A stretch of 63,789 nt of DNA, the filler included, from Pirum gemmata (lineage: Eukaryota): NCBI GenBank assembly GCA_002812295.1. It is 22 parts of 22 records of this genome, joined end to end, with 100 filler letters (N's around TTAATTAATTAA, not from the genome) between each part and the next. Parts side by side here need not be neighbours in the genome. Positions count along the whole stretch, not along the records: positions 32,110 to 36,604 come from PDIN01005559.1; positions 36,705 to 39,267 come from PDIN01005560.1; positions 39,368 to 41,924 come from PDIN01005561.1; positions 42,025 to 46,915 come from PDIN01005562.1; positions 47,016 to 49,570 come from PDIN01005563.1; positions 49,671 to 52,265 come from PDIN01005564.1; 16 more parts are not named here. The stretch is one strand, 5' to 3'. This document shows positions 36,584 to 50,491 of this stretch, in pieces. The notes beneath the pieces were generated by a model. It was not told where the DNA came from. It saw nothing but the letters and a program-made list of their open reading frames with translations, and made no database searches. A program made the translations under genes and the position numbers. The stretch's first letter is position 1. Each line of letters starts with the position of its first letter.

Positions 36584-38063
36584 TTAATAATAATAATATG
36601 AATTNNNNNNNNNNNNNNNNNNNNNNNNNNNNNNNNNNNNNNNNNNNNTTAATTAATTAANNNNNNNNNNNNNNNNNNNNNNNNNNNNNNNNNNNNNNNN
36701 NNNNATAACAACAATAACAACAATAACAACAATAACAGCAATAACAGCAATAACAAGTACAGAATCTAATGACAATAATCATTTTCCTTTTGTGATTTGA
36801 AGCATCACATTTCTGAAATCTGGGTGTTTATTGCCATCAAAGGGCTAGGAGTAAAAAAAAAAAAAGAAAAGAAAGCAATCTTATTTTGGCCAATAAAATT
36901 TCTTTTATATTCTCTCCAAGGCCATTTTTTAGAGAAAATAGGTGAAAAATAGGTGTTGATAAAAGTATCAAAAAAAATTTCAGCAGTAGTCTGACAAAGG
37001 AGAGCGGACAACTGAAATGAAAACGACGATATTATGATAATAAATAAAAAGATATTAAAAATTTTATAATAATATATATAGTGACCTTACAGTCTAATTC
37101 GAGATACGATATTTTTATAAAAAGGAAAATATATTATTATTATAATAATATTAATATTTTACATTAACATATTATCATAATATTATCAAAAAAAGATTTC
37201 TGGCTTGGCTGTAAATAATAATGATGAAAAAGTTTCCGTTTTCCTTTGTTAATTACACAACATTACTTTAACAACATTAACAACACAAACAACAATAAAT
37301 TATTACCAACATGGATAATTTACACAATAGAAACCCTACAAAACATGATCCCAATACAAAACAACACAGAACGATTATTAAAAAACTACCATACAACCAT
37401 CAACATAACAACAACAATAAGTTTAACTATTAATACTAATTTTACAATATGAAACAAACTATCTTCATTAACCCCTTAATACAACGTTAACACCAATATA
37501 AAAATATATGTAAAAAAGAAACAACAAAAAAATTAATTAATAATAGAAATAAGCTCAAAGTCTAAACCAATAATAATACCTCCAAATAGATGTAATTAAC
37601 AGTAGTATAATATATAATTATAGTCTATGATGAGTAATTGTGTTCAAAGATGCATAGTTTTTAAAACTATAGTTTGACTTCTGGTGGAAATTCTTTGGAA
37701 CAATATTGACATTGAAAAGGTTGGGTTTTCGACGTCCACTGTCTTGTTGGTTTTCTTTGGGTTAGTATATATCCATAAGTAACTTTTCAGTATTTAAATT
37801 TGGTAATTTTTTTGTATTGTTTCTTCTATTTTTAATTAATCATCTCTTCCCATTCATTTTGTTCTATATTCCAAAAAAAAAAAAAAAAGTAACTACTCTA
37901 TTCTAGCATATCTGATAAGTTCTGATAGCTATCGATACCAGCTAGCTAGCTACTAGAGCTAGAGCTAGCTAGCATAGCTATGCTGCTAACTATTGATATT
38001 AAATTTTGCTATCATTATTATAATATGTATTGATAATTATTATTATCATATAGACTATTGTAT

Positions 38064-38358
38064 TGATGTATCACCCGTGTAGACTTTTTATTGTCTACAC
38101 GGGTGACACTACCTCCTATGTTTATCACCCGTGTAGACTTTTTTTTGTCTACACGGGCGATAAACATATCCTTCGTGTAGACTTTTTTTTTTTTAAAAAA
38201 AAAACAAAGTTACTTAAAATGGTAATAATACTACCAAAAACGGGATTGGTTAATTTACATAATTAGTCGTACTACTATTAAAGAGCAAATTTCGAGAAAT
38301 ACCCTCGAGCTCGTGTCACCTGTGTAGACAATAAAAAGTCTACACGGGTGATACATCA
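38064..38358. mobile_element. Foldback-type element whose TIRs are themselves palindromic
   Basis: About 46-bp TIRs TGATGTATCACCCGTGTAGACTTTTTATTGTCTACACGGGTGACAC; a third hairpin at 38119-38167. Confidence 0.8.
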
Positions 38359-38429
38359 TAAACAACAATAGAGAATAGACTATAATAATCTGACTATTAT
38401 TTATTATAAAAAAAATTTAATTAATTAAA

Positions 38430-39140
38430 TTTGTAAAAAAGAAACAAAAATATTAATCCAAGTCTAATTTCTAAAACCAAACATTAATAGTAATTTAATA
38501 CCTCCAAATAGTTGGAATCTACAATTGATCGATCATGACAAACAGTAGTATAAAACAAATAGAAGAAAATCTCAAAACAAAAACCTTCAAGGATAACATG
38601 TAAACAACCTGTCGAATATGAAACAAAATGAATGGTAAAGGATAGAAGAATCAATCCTAACCCTAACCCTAACCCTAACCCTAACCCTAACCCTAACCCT
38701 AACCCTAACCCTAACCCTACCCCTAACCTACTACTAAAGAATATCGAGAAGACAGTTGGCGTCGAAAATCAACCTTTTCAATGTCAATGTTGTTCCAAAG
38801 AATTTCCACCAAAAGTCAAACTACACATTTTTGAACATAGAATGGATAATATAGATGATAACTCAAACAATACCCACAACAACGACTACAATGCTATAAT
38901 TCTAGGAACAAAGGTTCAAAACAAATATTTCTACAACAAAAGAACAATACCATTTAATTAATACTCTAGACAATTACTCATTATAGACTATATACTATCA
39001 ATGATATGGTCTTATTATGAAAAATACAACAAATCACAACCAAGTGACAACCGAATCATTAACTTAAACCAAAGTATTTTGAAAAAAATTAACAAACCAC
39101 AACACTATCTGATATTTAGAACTAACCTTGCACCTCCTTT
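38430..39140 (+). mobile_element. Decayed non-LTR (L1/Tx1-like) retrotransposon ORF2 3' end interrupted by (CCCTAA)n
   Basis: Frameshifted fragments FQCQCCSKEFPPKVKLHIFEH (zinc-finger-like), YNAIILGTK and QLLIIDYILSMIWSYYEK resemble LINE ORF2 C-termini. Homologous pieces at 27380-27830, 37230-37600, 37640-37850 (minus) and 49190-49370 (minus). The repeat nature is seen directly; the LINE assignment is inferred. Confidence 0.55.
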
Positions 39141-39481
39141 TTTTATACTTTTTTTATATCGATATAAAATTTAAAATAAAGGAAAATTATATAAAATTTA
39201 ATGCTAATATATAATAATATATTTCAGACTTTTTTTTTTTGAAGTCCTTGTATATAAATGACATCAANNNNNNNNNNNNNNNNNNNNNNNNNNNNNNNNN
39301 NNNNNNNNNNNTTAATTAATTAANNNNNNNNNNNNNNNNNNNNNNNNNNNNNNNNNNNNNNNNNNNNATAATATAATAATAATAACAGTAGTAGTGATGG
39401 TGATGTTGGTGGTGTTGAAGTAGAGGAAAAGTAGATGATTGATGATGCAGAGGAAGGATATTTGAAAAACCAAAAAAATAC

Positions 39482-41797
39482 CTGGATTTCTATGACTACC
39501 GCCAATTATATCCCACAAAGTAAAAAATTGACCATAGTTATAGTTGAAGTGCAAATGGTGGTCAGTATGATGAGCTGCCCCATTGATATAATCCTATAAA
39601 TATATAAAATATTAGCAACATTTAAAAACAACCACTAATGGTGGCCAGTATGATGAGCTGCCCCATTAATACAATCCTGTAAATACATAAAACATTAACA
39701 ATATTTTAAAACAACTAAAAAACGTTTAAAAAACTTCAAAAAATGCAGCAGCAATGAAATAAAGAGTCAGCAAAAAGAATACAAGATATACCTGTAACCA
39801 TTCAGGTAATCGATTATCGCCGTCATGGATAGACACTGTCCAAATGTTAACGAAGACGAACAAAGCAAGATAAGTCCACTATATCAAAAAAATATGTAAA
39901 ATTAATATCATTCTGAAAACTAAACTTATTAGATGTAAGTGTTTATGACATTAGCACAATACCGATTACAAAAATAATAGCAAATAAATATACTAATAAA
40001 ACAGATAGTAAGTATATAAATCCAAAGAATACACATAATACACTGTATACATATAGATAAAACACAATACACCATAATACAAATAATACAAATAATACGA
40101 CTAATAAACATAATACAAATAATACAAATAATAAACACAAATAAAAACACAAAACCTACAAATACACATGAATACACATAAATACACATAAATACACATA
40201 AATAAGCACAATAAACACAATAAACACAATACTCATAATACTTGATAAACATAATAAAAATAGTACAAATAATACGCCATATGAAAATACATAAAAAACC
40301 ATACAATAGACTATACATAAAACATATACAACAATATATAAATGCGATACTACACACACTACAGTAAATTAGAAAAGAAAAAAAGCAAGCCATTGTAATG
40401 GCACATTATAACGTAAAGAAGCAACCTTGTGTAAAGGGATACATGATGCAAACATATGGTACGGTAAGCTCTGAGAAAACCCATCAACCCAATGGAACGC
40501 ATGTGAAGCGTATGGTGTTGGAACAAGCCACTACAGATAAGTTAGAAAAGAAAGGTCAATTATAATATGGTTTATTACTACTAAATAATGTATATAATAT
40601 GCTGATGTAGAAACAAGTGGTTCAATGCATACTATGATTTAAAAAAAAGCTATAGGAAACCTAATTAGAAAGAGAAAACAACAAATACACTTGCAACATA
40701 TTCCAATTAAACATTAGTTGTGCGATGCAAAGCAATTTACAGGAACCAACAGACACAATATACAATGAAAATAAACACAGGATTAATTAAATGCAATTCT
40801 GTAGATAAAATTATAACTTACTTTGTGGTGAGGTTTGTGGAATCTTGTGTAAAGGAATGGGATATGAAGCCAGCGGTGAATCCAATATATAGCACAATCC
40901 AACCAAAACATAAATGAAACTAAACTAAAAGTCCAGTAGCCCCAACCATATTCATCAATTTCATCATAAAGAGGGCTATACCCACGTACCTATTTCGAAA
41001 ATGAATAAACGGGGTTTAAAATGCAAGAGAATAAAGGAGTAACCAATAAAAGTAAGGTATAAGAGTGATTGGGAGACTAGGTAAAATGGGAACAGGCTGA
41101 AGAAGTGAATCAGAGAGGGTAAATTTTACTAAAATTAAAGATAACTTAGTGCGTGTTACACCTGGATTCCCATAAACTTTACATTATTATAAACATATAT
41201 ACAATATCACACACAGTTCAATCAGTCAAGTTTTTTTACCTGTGATAAAAATATCAGTGTTGTAGGGACCGCCATTTTCGGGATATTAGTAAGGGAACAC
41301 TCGATTTCTAGCCATCGTTGATTTTTTAAAAACCTTTTGTGTTTCATTAAACTATGATCGAAAATTGTATAGTAGTTTAGCGTTGCAAAGGTCAAATAAA
41401 GAATGGCACCTGCAAAAGAATAAATCGAAGAACAAAACAAAAAGAATACGATATTGTATTAGTATAAATGACCCGTGTCAGCAGAATGAAAAGAAAGACA
41501 AAACAAATAAAAACACCCATGATTATGTTGAGAATGAAAACAAAGATGAGAACTATAAACAAACAAAACATAACTAACAAAAGGATATAATTGAAAAATG
41601 GGGTGAAAGAAAATTTAATCCAGAAAACAGAATGGCTGATAAAATTTCAGTGATAAGTTTTTTAAGTTAAACGAACCTCCAATAGTCACGATAAGATAAA
41701 GAGATATTATCTGTCTAGTAATATCGGTCCTTTCCATCGAGCTTGGATACATTTTATCGAAAACTGCATTATCGCAAATGTTTAAGGCGACATCCAT
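39482..41797 (-). CDS. SC5D: Sterol C5-desaturase / lathosterol oxidase (six exons, last exon missing)
   Basis: Exons 41797-41677, 41409-41240, 40989-40822, 40530-40426, 39878-39792 and 39593-39482 splice in frame: [18 protein letters not shown]...YWIHRWLH...[20 protein letters not shown]...[11 protein letters not shown]...[31 protein letters not shown]. All three His boxes of ERG3/SC5D are present. Confidence 0.96.
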
Positions 41798-42289
41798 TTT
41801 TACTCTTGTTTACGAAATGTAATGCTATTCTTAAAGGGTAATAAAATATTTCCAGAAGAATCTAGCTATAAACAAATGTATTTAAGATTATTATTATCAT
41901 TATTATTATTATTATTATTTATTANNNNNNNNNNNNNNNNNNNNNNNNNNNNNNNNNNNNNNNNNNNNTTAATTAATTAANNNNNNNNNNNNNNNNNNNN
42001 NNNNNNNNNNNNNNNNNNNNNNNNTAATTTTCATTTAATTTGGTATATTTTATTATATATTTATTGATTTAAAAGTATCAATTTAAATATTATAAGCAAC
42101 CAAATAAATATTCGGAGTAACAAAATAAATGGAACTCACTGCCTTTCAGCGATACGGTTGATAGAGGTCTACCCCTCTAGCTAGGTTGATATAACATGTG
42201 CAATATAACAATATTAATACAATAACAATAACAATATAATAATACGATAACAATATCCAGGTAGAATATTTATATGCCCTAACCCTAAT

Positions 42290-43070
42290 CCTATTAAATA
42301 GGTTTCAATATAGAGTTGAATTTATATAGGAATTAACAAATAACCCCACACCCCCTTTTACTTAAAAGGATTTACGGCTATATATTTATTATACGTATAT
42401 TCAACGATATCGATATGATGCATTAAAAATATCATTAACCCTAACCCTTTACATATATATAGGTTTACATAATATAGATTTAATTAATTAAGAATTTTTA
42501 TGGTAATATAATACAGTTATAATACATCATTATGATGAATTGAAGTCTAAATATAGAGTTATATATTAATAATATAAGGGTTAATTAACGAACATAAAAA
42601 GTAAAACTGTTTATTTAAGAATTTACCGTTATATTTTATAATGCATCATTAAAATTCATTAAATAGCAATTATTTAATTAAATATATATATATTAATATA
42701 ATATATAGGTTTAAATGTATATGTAGATTTAAGGGTTTTTACGGTTATAGGATACATATCATTATGATGCATTAAATAGCTATAGCTATTAATTTTTTTA
42801 AAAAATATTAATATCCAGTTGTATAGGTATAGGAGTTAACAAATAAAAACAACAAAGATTTTAAAAATTTTTATTTATAAAATAAAAGGATTTACGATTA
42901 TATAATACATCATTAATTAAGATGCATTAAGTGTCTATTAATTAAATAGGCTTACATATATCAATGGATTTAAGGATTTTAAGGATTATATAATACACCA
43001 TTATGATACATTAAATAGCTATTAGATAGGTTTGAATAAAGAGTTATATCTAGAGAGATATATAGGGTTT
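42290..43070. repeat. Old degenerate satellite (about 85-155 bp period)
   Basis: About six copies of AAGGATTTACGGTTATATAATACATCATTATGATGCATTAAATAGCT-like cores near 42366, 42490, 42617, 42731, 42886 and 42972. Confidence 0.7.
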
Positions 43071-43911
43071 AACGAATAAAATCCTTACACTGAACACAAT
43101 ACATGGTACGGGTGTTTTTTTTTTGTTTGTTTTTGGTACGATGATATCTAGCTAGCTACTTACTAGCTAGTAGTAGTTATGATATCATAAACTATCGATA
43201 TCAGATAGTTAGTATCGATAACTCGATGTTTATTTATGCATCATGTGACTTTCCGGATTTTAAAAAAATTAAACCAATTAAATTAAAAAGCTAATCTAGA
43301 GCTTAAAACAAGCAAACTTTGTTATTGAATTTTCTTCATAGCATCATTATTACCCATTCTATAAACATTTATATTTTGTTGCCAGAACGTCACTTTAAGC
43401 TTACACAAGCCAAACTAAAGCAAAAAAAAGTAAATCTAGACTATTTAGATTTTTTTACTAATTATTTCCCCTGAAAAAAAAAAAAGATCTTTGCTTATAT
43501 GCCCATCTGAACACCTCTTTTGTTATTTTCAAGGCTTAAAACTAACAACTACTATGTCTAGAACTAACAGGATAGAGATTAGTACGTTGTTGATATTGTT
43601 GTATTGTTAAAATATCATATTATATTAATATTGATATTGTTATATTGTTATTGTTATTATTATTATTGTTATTGTTATTATTGTTATTGCTATTGTTGTT
43701 GTTATTTTTATTGTTATTAATATTGTTATATATTGTTATAATTATTGTTATTGTTATTATTATTGCTATTGTTATTGTTGTGTTTATTGTTATAAGTACT
43801 ATTACAATAGTAATCACATAAAAGTGGTAATCACGTGACTTCTCGAACATTATTATATAGCTCGACCCTATAGCTAAACAATATAATAGCAATGATAATA
43901 ATAATAATAAT

Positions 43912-44258
43912 ATGGCAATAAATTCGATTATGTCTCTGGTATATCTTCAGGGCGTTGCTTCGACGTTTGAAAGGTAAATCAAACGTCAATTTAGTCCTAT
44001 TTCAAAGGTCATGGGGAAAGTTAAAAATGTAGCTAAAGATTTACCCGATAGATTGCTCACTTCCCTTCAAACCGTAAATGAAGAAGATTCGTTAATGAAA
44101 GAAATGCTAAAATCAATTAAAAACTTTTTTGAAGTGATAAAATTACATTTTGGGGCGCAATAATACTGTAACTTTGTACTCGAAGCTGAAGAATTTTGCC
44201 ATGACCTCAAGGCTCTGTCGTTATTTGTATATTTGATTAATACATATGCATGCATGGT
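43912..44258 (+). pseudogene. Possible pseudogene fragment, unknown family
   Basis: About 115 codons of protein-like sequence with two in-frame TAA: MAINSIMSLVYLQGVASTFER*IKRQFSPISKVMGKVKNVAKDLPDRLLTSLQTVNEEDSLMKEMLKSIKNFFEVIKLHFGAQ*YCNFVLEAEEFCHDLKAL. Confidence 0.3.
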
Positions 44259-44259
44259 A

Positions 44260-44302
<43 letters not shown>

Positions 44303-47015
44303 NNNNNNNNNNNNNNNNNNGAGGTATAATGACGTCAACACTATTTACGAAAAAGTATTTCGATATTTGTTTCCCAAGCTCTTTATAAAGAAAATTTAGT
44401 TATTTATTTAAAAAAATAACTCAATTAATATATTAAAATACTAGTTTTAGAAGTTTTTGTTTTTTTTTTATCAATACTTGAATTAGTAAAATTTAATAGT
44501 AATATCAATCGCGAGCTAGCTAACCTTTCTTTTTTTTGTCTATATTTTTACAAAAACGATAATGGTGACTACTTGACAAATAAGGAAAGTAATGGTAAAA
44601 CCAATTAAAATGTGATTTTTCTTTTTCTTATTATAAATATTATAGTGCTGCTTTTCAGTTTTGTCATCATAAAATAAACAATAAAGAGTAACAAATATGT
44701 TATTATCCATTTATTAATTTAACAACTGAGTTTAACAATGTCAATTAAAAAACTATAACCAACCAAATAAATAAATGAAAAGCGCTAGACTATGATGATA
44801 TCAGATATATAAAATAAATATTAACCAGTAGACTAGAGTTTACTGTTTTTAAAAAATATCGATATTATAATATAATCATATCATAGTACATGTTGTATAG
44901 TGTTAAATACTATGATACTTATTACTATTATATTACTATTACTATTACTATTACTATTACTTTTACTGTAGTATTATTATTACTATTACTATTACTAATG
45001 ATTATGATTATGATTATGATTATGATTGTGATAATAATTATGATTTTTTCTTTCACAGGTTACTTCAATGTATCATAGTATTTCTCTAAATTTTTTATAG
45101 CTTCCTATTTCCGACTGACTTAGTTATTGAAAAGTTAGTGTCATATATATATAGTCTATTTTATTATTAAAGTTGTCCTCTCAATCTTTAGTTTGGTACT
45201 ACGTACTGTTTACGTGTATAATTGAACTAGTTAATGAAATACAACATTAAGTATAAAATACCAAATTAATTAAAACATGTCTGATTATCTTTAGAAGATA
45301 TAGTATCATTTAATATTTCCTTGAGAAATTTCCAAAAGCTTTATTATTATTATTATTATTTTGAATATCGGGCCTTCATATTATATCACCTTTAGCCTAA
45401 AAGTTTTTAATTAAAACCCCAGCCCTGACCCTAACTTACTCCTTTACCCTAAACCCTCACCCTTACCTTAATCTTAAACTTAACCTTGACCTTAATACTA
45501 CTTTATGATACCTTAGCACACCCTAGCCATATACATGTTAATAATTAATTATATATTAGTTTAAATATTTTAAAATAATTTAAAACCTCTAGCTAATATT
45601 TTTACGTTTAATTAAATTAGACTCTAACAGCTACCCTAACCCCTATCACCTTATCGCTAATGCATTCTCTCTAATATATATAACATTATTATAATATTAT
45701 CATAATTTAATTTTTCTTCAACAGCAATAATAATAACAACTGTATATATTATAATAATAATACTCTTTAATAATAATAATAATAATATAAAATCAATATA
45801 TTTTAATATTAAAGTTACCTTAAAATATATTTACCGAGTTTAGATTAAGAATATTTTATTAATATAATTTTTTAATGATACAACTACTTCACACAACAAA
45901 CAACAAACGATGGTAAAATTTTCAAACAACAAACAACAAATTTAAACAACAAACAACAAACAAACAAAATTCAATTATTATAAATATAATCCTGATAATC
46001 AGATTCATTGCACTGTCACTCTAATCCTGATAATCAGATTCATCGCACTATAGTATAGTGAGTAAGTACACTAGCTAGTCTAGTCTAGCATAGCGACATC
46101 CGCCATATGAGCTCAAAAATCCAAAAATCACAAAATGATCCAATTTTAATAAAAGTACTGCCAAATGTTGAGATATAATCTAACTAAGAAAACTCTATTA
46201 TGAACCAATCCTAGTTTTTAAAAATAATTTGACTAGTTATAATTAAATGTTTAGGAAAGAAGTAGTAGTAGTCTTTGATAGCTCTTCTAGTCTATCGATA
46301 AATAGCGCGATAAATAGACTAATAACTAATAATAAAAAGAAGTCATGATCAGGGCAGAGTCTTTAGAAATAGGGCAGCATCAGGAGAGCTAGCTAGACAG
46401 TCTAGTCTATAGAGTCGCTGTACTGCTGTAGAGTGTAGTCTGTCATTGTATAGACCGCAAAAAAAAAAAAAAAAAAGAAAGAAGATCATTAGTCGATAAA
46501 AACCAAAGGCTCTATGAAAAAACATGGAGTCTTTGATACTATATATTATCGATATATTATCAATTTATCATAGGTCTTTGATAAAATTCATTTATAAATA
46601 GAGTGGTGGGTCTTTTTTTTTTCCAGTTTTTTTTTCCAAGTCTCTCGGGTATAAAGCAAGGACTTGTAGTCTATAAAAAGTCTAAAAAAAAAAAAAAAAA
46701 AAAATAAAATAAAAATAAAAAAAGAAAAAAGAGGAAAAAAGAAAAAAAAGTGCAACATGGTGTCTACTGGGCCTGATTTTAGCCCACTAAGGAGTCTACA
46801 AGCCTCATGTATATATATATATATATAATTAACATTTATGTATATATAATGCCGGCCCAGTGGTGATGGAGAAAATTATTTATATGATAAAAAAAAAAAA
46901 AAAAATAAAATAAAANNNNNNNNNNNNNNNNNNNNNNNNNNNNNNNNNNNNNNNNNNNNTTAATTAATTAANNNNNNNNNNNNNNNNNNNNNNNNNNNNN
47001 NNNNNNNNNNNNNNN

Positions 47016-47057
<42 letters not shown>

Positions 47058-47792
47058 CTGGTAGCTCACTATTCTCTGAACTAGATATATATTCTAAAGT
47101 GTTAGTAACTATTAGAAATATCATTAGTAAAATAATATCTGATAGCACTTAATTCTGATCCACTGACTATCCCGCACTTGCTACTATACTACCGGTATCG
47201 GTCCTTAGTTGAACCTTCTTAAGCTATAGGTACTGTTGCTAATAAGGTATCAGAGATAATTACTATAGAAAGTGGTAGAAGTTGTGTGTGGTCTCCTTGC
47301 CTGGTAGATAGAGTCTGGACTAGACTCTAATCTATTGTTATATCGTGCTTTTCATTTATTTTTTCACTCTGAATATTTATTTGGATGGTTATAATTTTTA
47401 AATTGACAATTTTAAATCAATATACAGATAACAAAATATACCAAATTAGATTACTGAAGTGTAAAAAAGTTTGTAAATAATTATACCGGGTAGACCGGGG
47501 TCTACAGAGTGTCTACAGTCAGCGGGGTCTGTATATATATATATATATTATATGATATCGTATATATATATATTATATTGGTAATGTGTGAAAAACTTTC
47601 CTTATAACCCAGACTAATTGCAAGTCCTGGTCAACAGCACCATACAGTTGTTACTGGTAGTATTATAGTCGTATCAGATAAGAGGTCTAGTCGTGTATTC
47701 TAGCTACTAGTAGTATCATAGGCTTTCATAGCACAGCCTTGCACAGACCAAATCCAAATCACTGAAAGGCTAAAAGTAGGATTTATAATGTA

Positions 47793-47827
<35 letters not shown>

Positions 47828-48067
47828 GTAAGTAAATTTAAATAATTTATAAACAATAATAATTAATAGCCAAAAGGGTATTTTTCCTCACCCAAATTTA
47901 AAATATCCTACTTTCCCCACTTTTTTGAGCTTTTTTTGCCCGACAGCTCCCAATCTCACAATACCAGATAGCAGCCAGACAAGTCTATCTTTTAAATCTT
48001 GTTATATATATATAACTGTTTTTTTACTATATGTATATATAGAATAGTATAGAATCGGAAAGTGTAT

Positions 48068-48252
48068 TGTGTTTTGCATTTATTTTGTCACTCTAAATAC
48101 TTATTTGGTAGGCTATAACCTTTAAATTGAAATTTTTTTAAAATGAATAAATAAAAAAATTTATACCAAATTAAATTAAATGGATTTATATTGTATTAAT
48201 TTGTAATAACTCTTTATTGTTTATTTTATGATGACCAAAACAATTCAAAAGT
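48068..48252. mobile_element. MITE family A copy (diverged)
   Basis: TTGTGTTTTGCATTTATTTTGTCAC...ATGACCAAAACAATTCAAAAGTAC; a partial copy lies at 47343-47452. Confidence 0.7.
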
Positions 48253-50491
48253 ACTAGTATTAATACTATGCATATATGCATGCATATGTGAATTAATAAA
48301 AAAAAAAACATTCAATTAATCAAATATCATATTAATAAACGTGTATTAATACAGTGACATTAAATTATCATACTGTCTTTTTTTGTTGGCATAAATATTT
48401 CGTTTATTGTTTATTTGTATCATTAAAATATTCCCTTTTTTCTTCAATTTGTACTTATACGAATGAGTGTATTAATAAAATAGTTTTATACTATATACAC
48501 CTTTCTCCGAAAGAGATAATTTATGTAATATCATGATGTAAAAAATAAAAAAAATAATTATTTTAGGAAAAAATACAATTGTATACGTCAAAATGGATTG
48601 TCCATTTATAAAAATAATACCTTAAAAAATTAATTAATTAAAAATTAAAAATTACTTGGTGGATTTTTGGAATTAATCACCGAGTTCCGACTCCTATTAA
48701 ATCACGGAGTCCCGAGTCCTCCAACTCCCAATGCACACAACTAACTATGTATACACTAGCTAGTCTACACAAAGAATTTCTAAGTATATTAATAATTAAT
48801 AATAAAACTGTATTAATAGAAATACTGTAGAAATCTTTTTTTTTTAGACTTCTTTTCTAAAAAACTAGCCAAATTATTTCATGTTTTAGTTAGATGATTT
48901 CTCAAAATTTGGTAGTACTTTCATACTACTTTCATGGATCTTTTTGAGATTTTTTGGATTTTTGAGCTCATATGATATGGCGCATATAGTTATTAGTTAC
49001 AAAAAAAAAAAAAAAAAAAAAAAAGAAGGAAAAAATCTTCTTTTTTAAAAATCCTCTCTCTACCAAGGAATCGTATTATCGTGATATATCCTTATTTTAA
49101 ATTGAGTATATTGACTGTATTTTGGAGCACATGGAGCTACTGAAAGAGCTTCCTTTCTTTTCTTATAATAAAAGTCCTGTTTTCCTTATAAAAGGAAGTG
49201 CAGTAGGCTACTAGTAGGTTACAATTATATCTATATAGTTAATTATAGTTGTAATTTATTGATTTGTTTCATAATACTTTGGTGTAAGTTTTAATAATTT
49301 GATTGTCGTTTCGTTGTAACTTGTTGTACTTTTCATAATAATACCATAATAATATATTATGTAATCTATGATTTCGTGTCAAAATTCAAAGTTTAATGTC
49401 AGTTTTCGAATCTCGATATTTTCACGAGAAGAGGTATGATGTTTAGTTTGCTAACTGTTTGCTACCGAACGACAGTCCAGTTAGTTAAAATTTAAACTTT
49501 GCAAAAGTTTTAAGTCAATAGAACTTTTTATTTGCCGAAAAAAGAAAATAATAATAATAATAATAATAATNNNNNNNNNNNNNNNNNNNNNNNNNNNNNN
49601 NNNNNNNNNNNNNNTTAATTAATTAANNNNNNNNNNNNNNNNNNNNNNNNNNNNNNNNNNNNNNNNNNNNAATTTTGGTTTTCATTAAAAAAAAAAAAAA
49701 AACAAATTTCCAAACCATAAAACCATAAAACCAAAAAACAACAATTACATATAAGGAAACAACAAAAATACTCTTGGTCACATTTATATAATATTTATAA
49801 ATATGAAGTTGTATTTTATTTTAAATGAATAAACAAAAAAAAAATTATTTGATAATATTCTAAAACAAACTAATAATAAATTTTGGTTTTCATTAAAAAA
49901 AAAACCAATTTCCGAACCATAAAACCACAAAACCAAAAAACAACAATTACATATAAAGAAACAACCAAAAAAACACACATTTATATATTATTTATAATTA
50001 TGAAGTTGTATTTTATTTTAAATGTGTGAAAAACAAAAAATAATAATAATAAAAAAAACAGAATTATTTAATATTATAAAACAAACTAATAATAAATTTT
50101 GGTATTTATTAAAACAAAAACCGAGTAAACAAAAAAAAAACACAATTATTTAATATTCCAAAACAAACTAATTTCAGCAATAATTAATTTCGGTTTTCAT
50201 TAAAAAATAACAAAAAATCTAATTTCTGAACCAATCAACCATAAAAGAAAAAAACAATTACAAATAAGGAAACGAAAAAAAAAAAGGGGGCTTTATTAAA
50301 TTTATATACTATTCAACAAAAAAAGATTTATTTGATAATATTGTAAAACAAAAACTAATTTCAACAATTAATTTCGGTTTTCGTTTTAATATTTTCTTTT
50401 TTCTCACTTATTATTTTTTTTTTTACCAGATATTATCTACCAACAATGTGATGGTGTACCTAAAACTAGGTTCTAATACCCACAACAAGCA

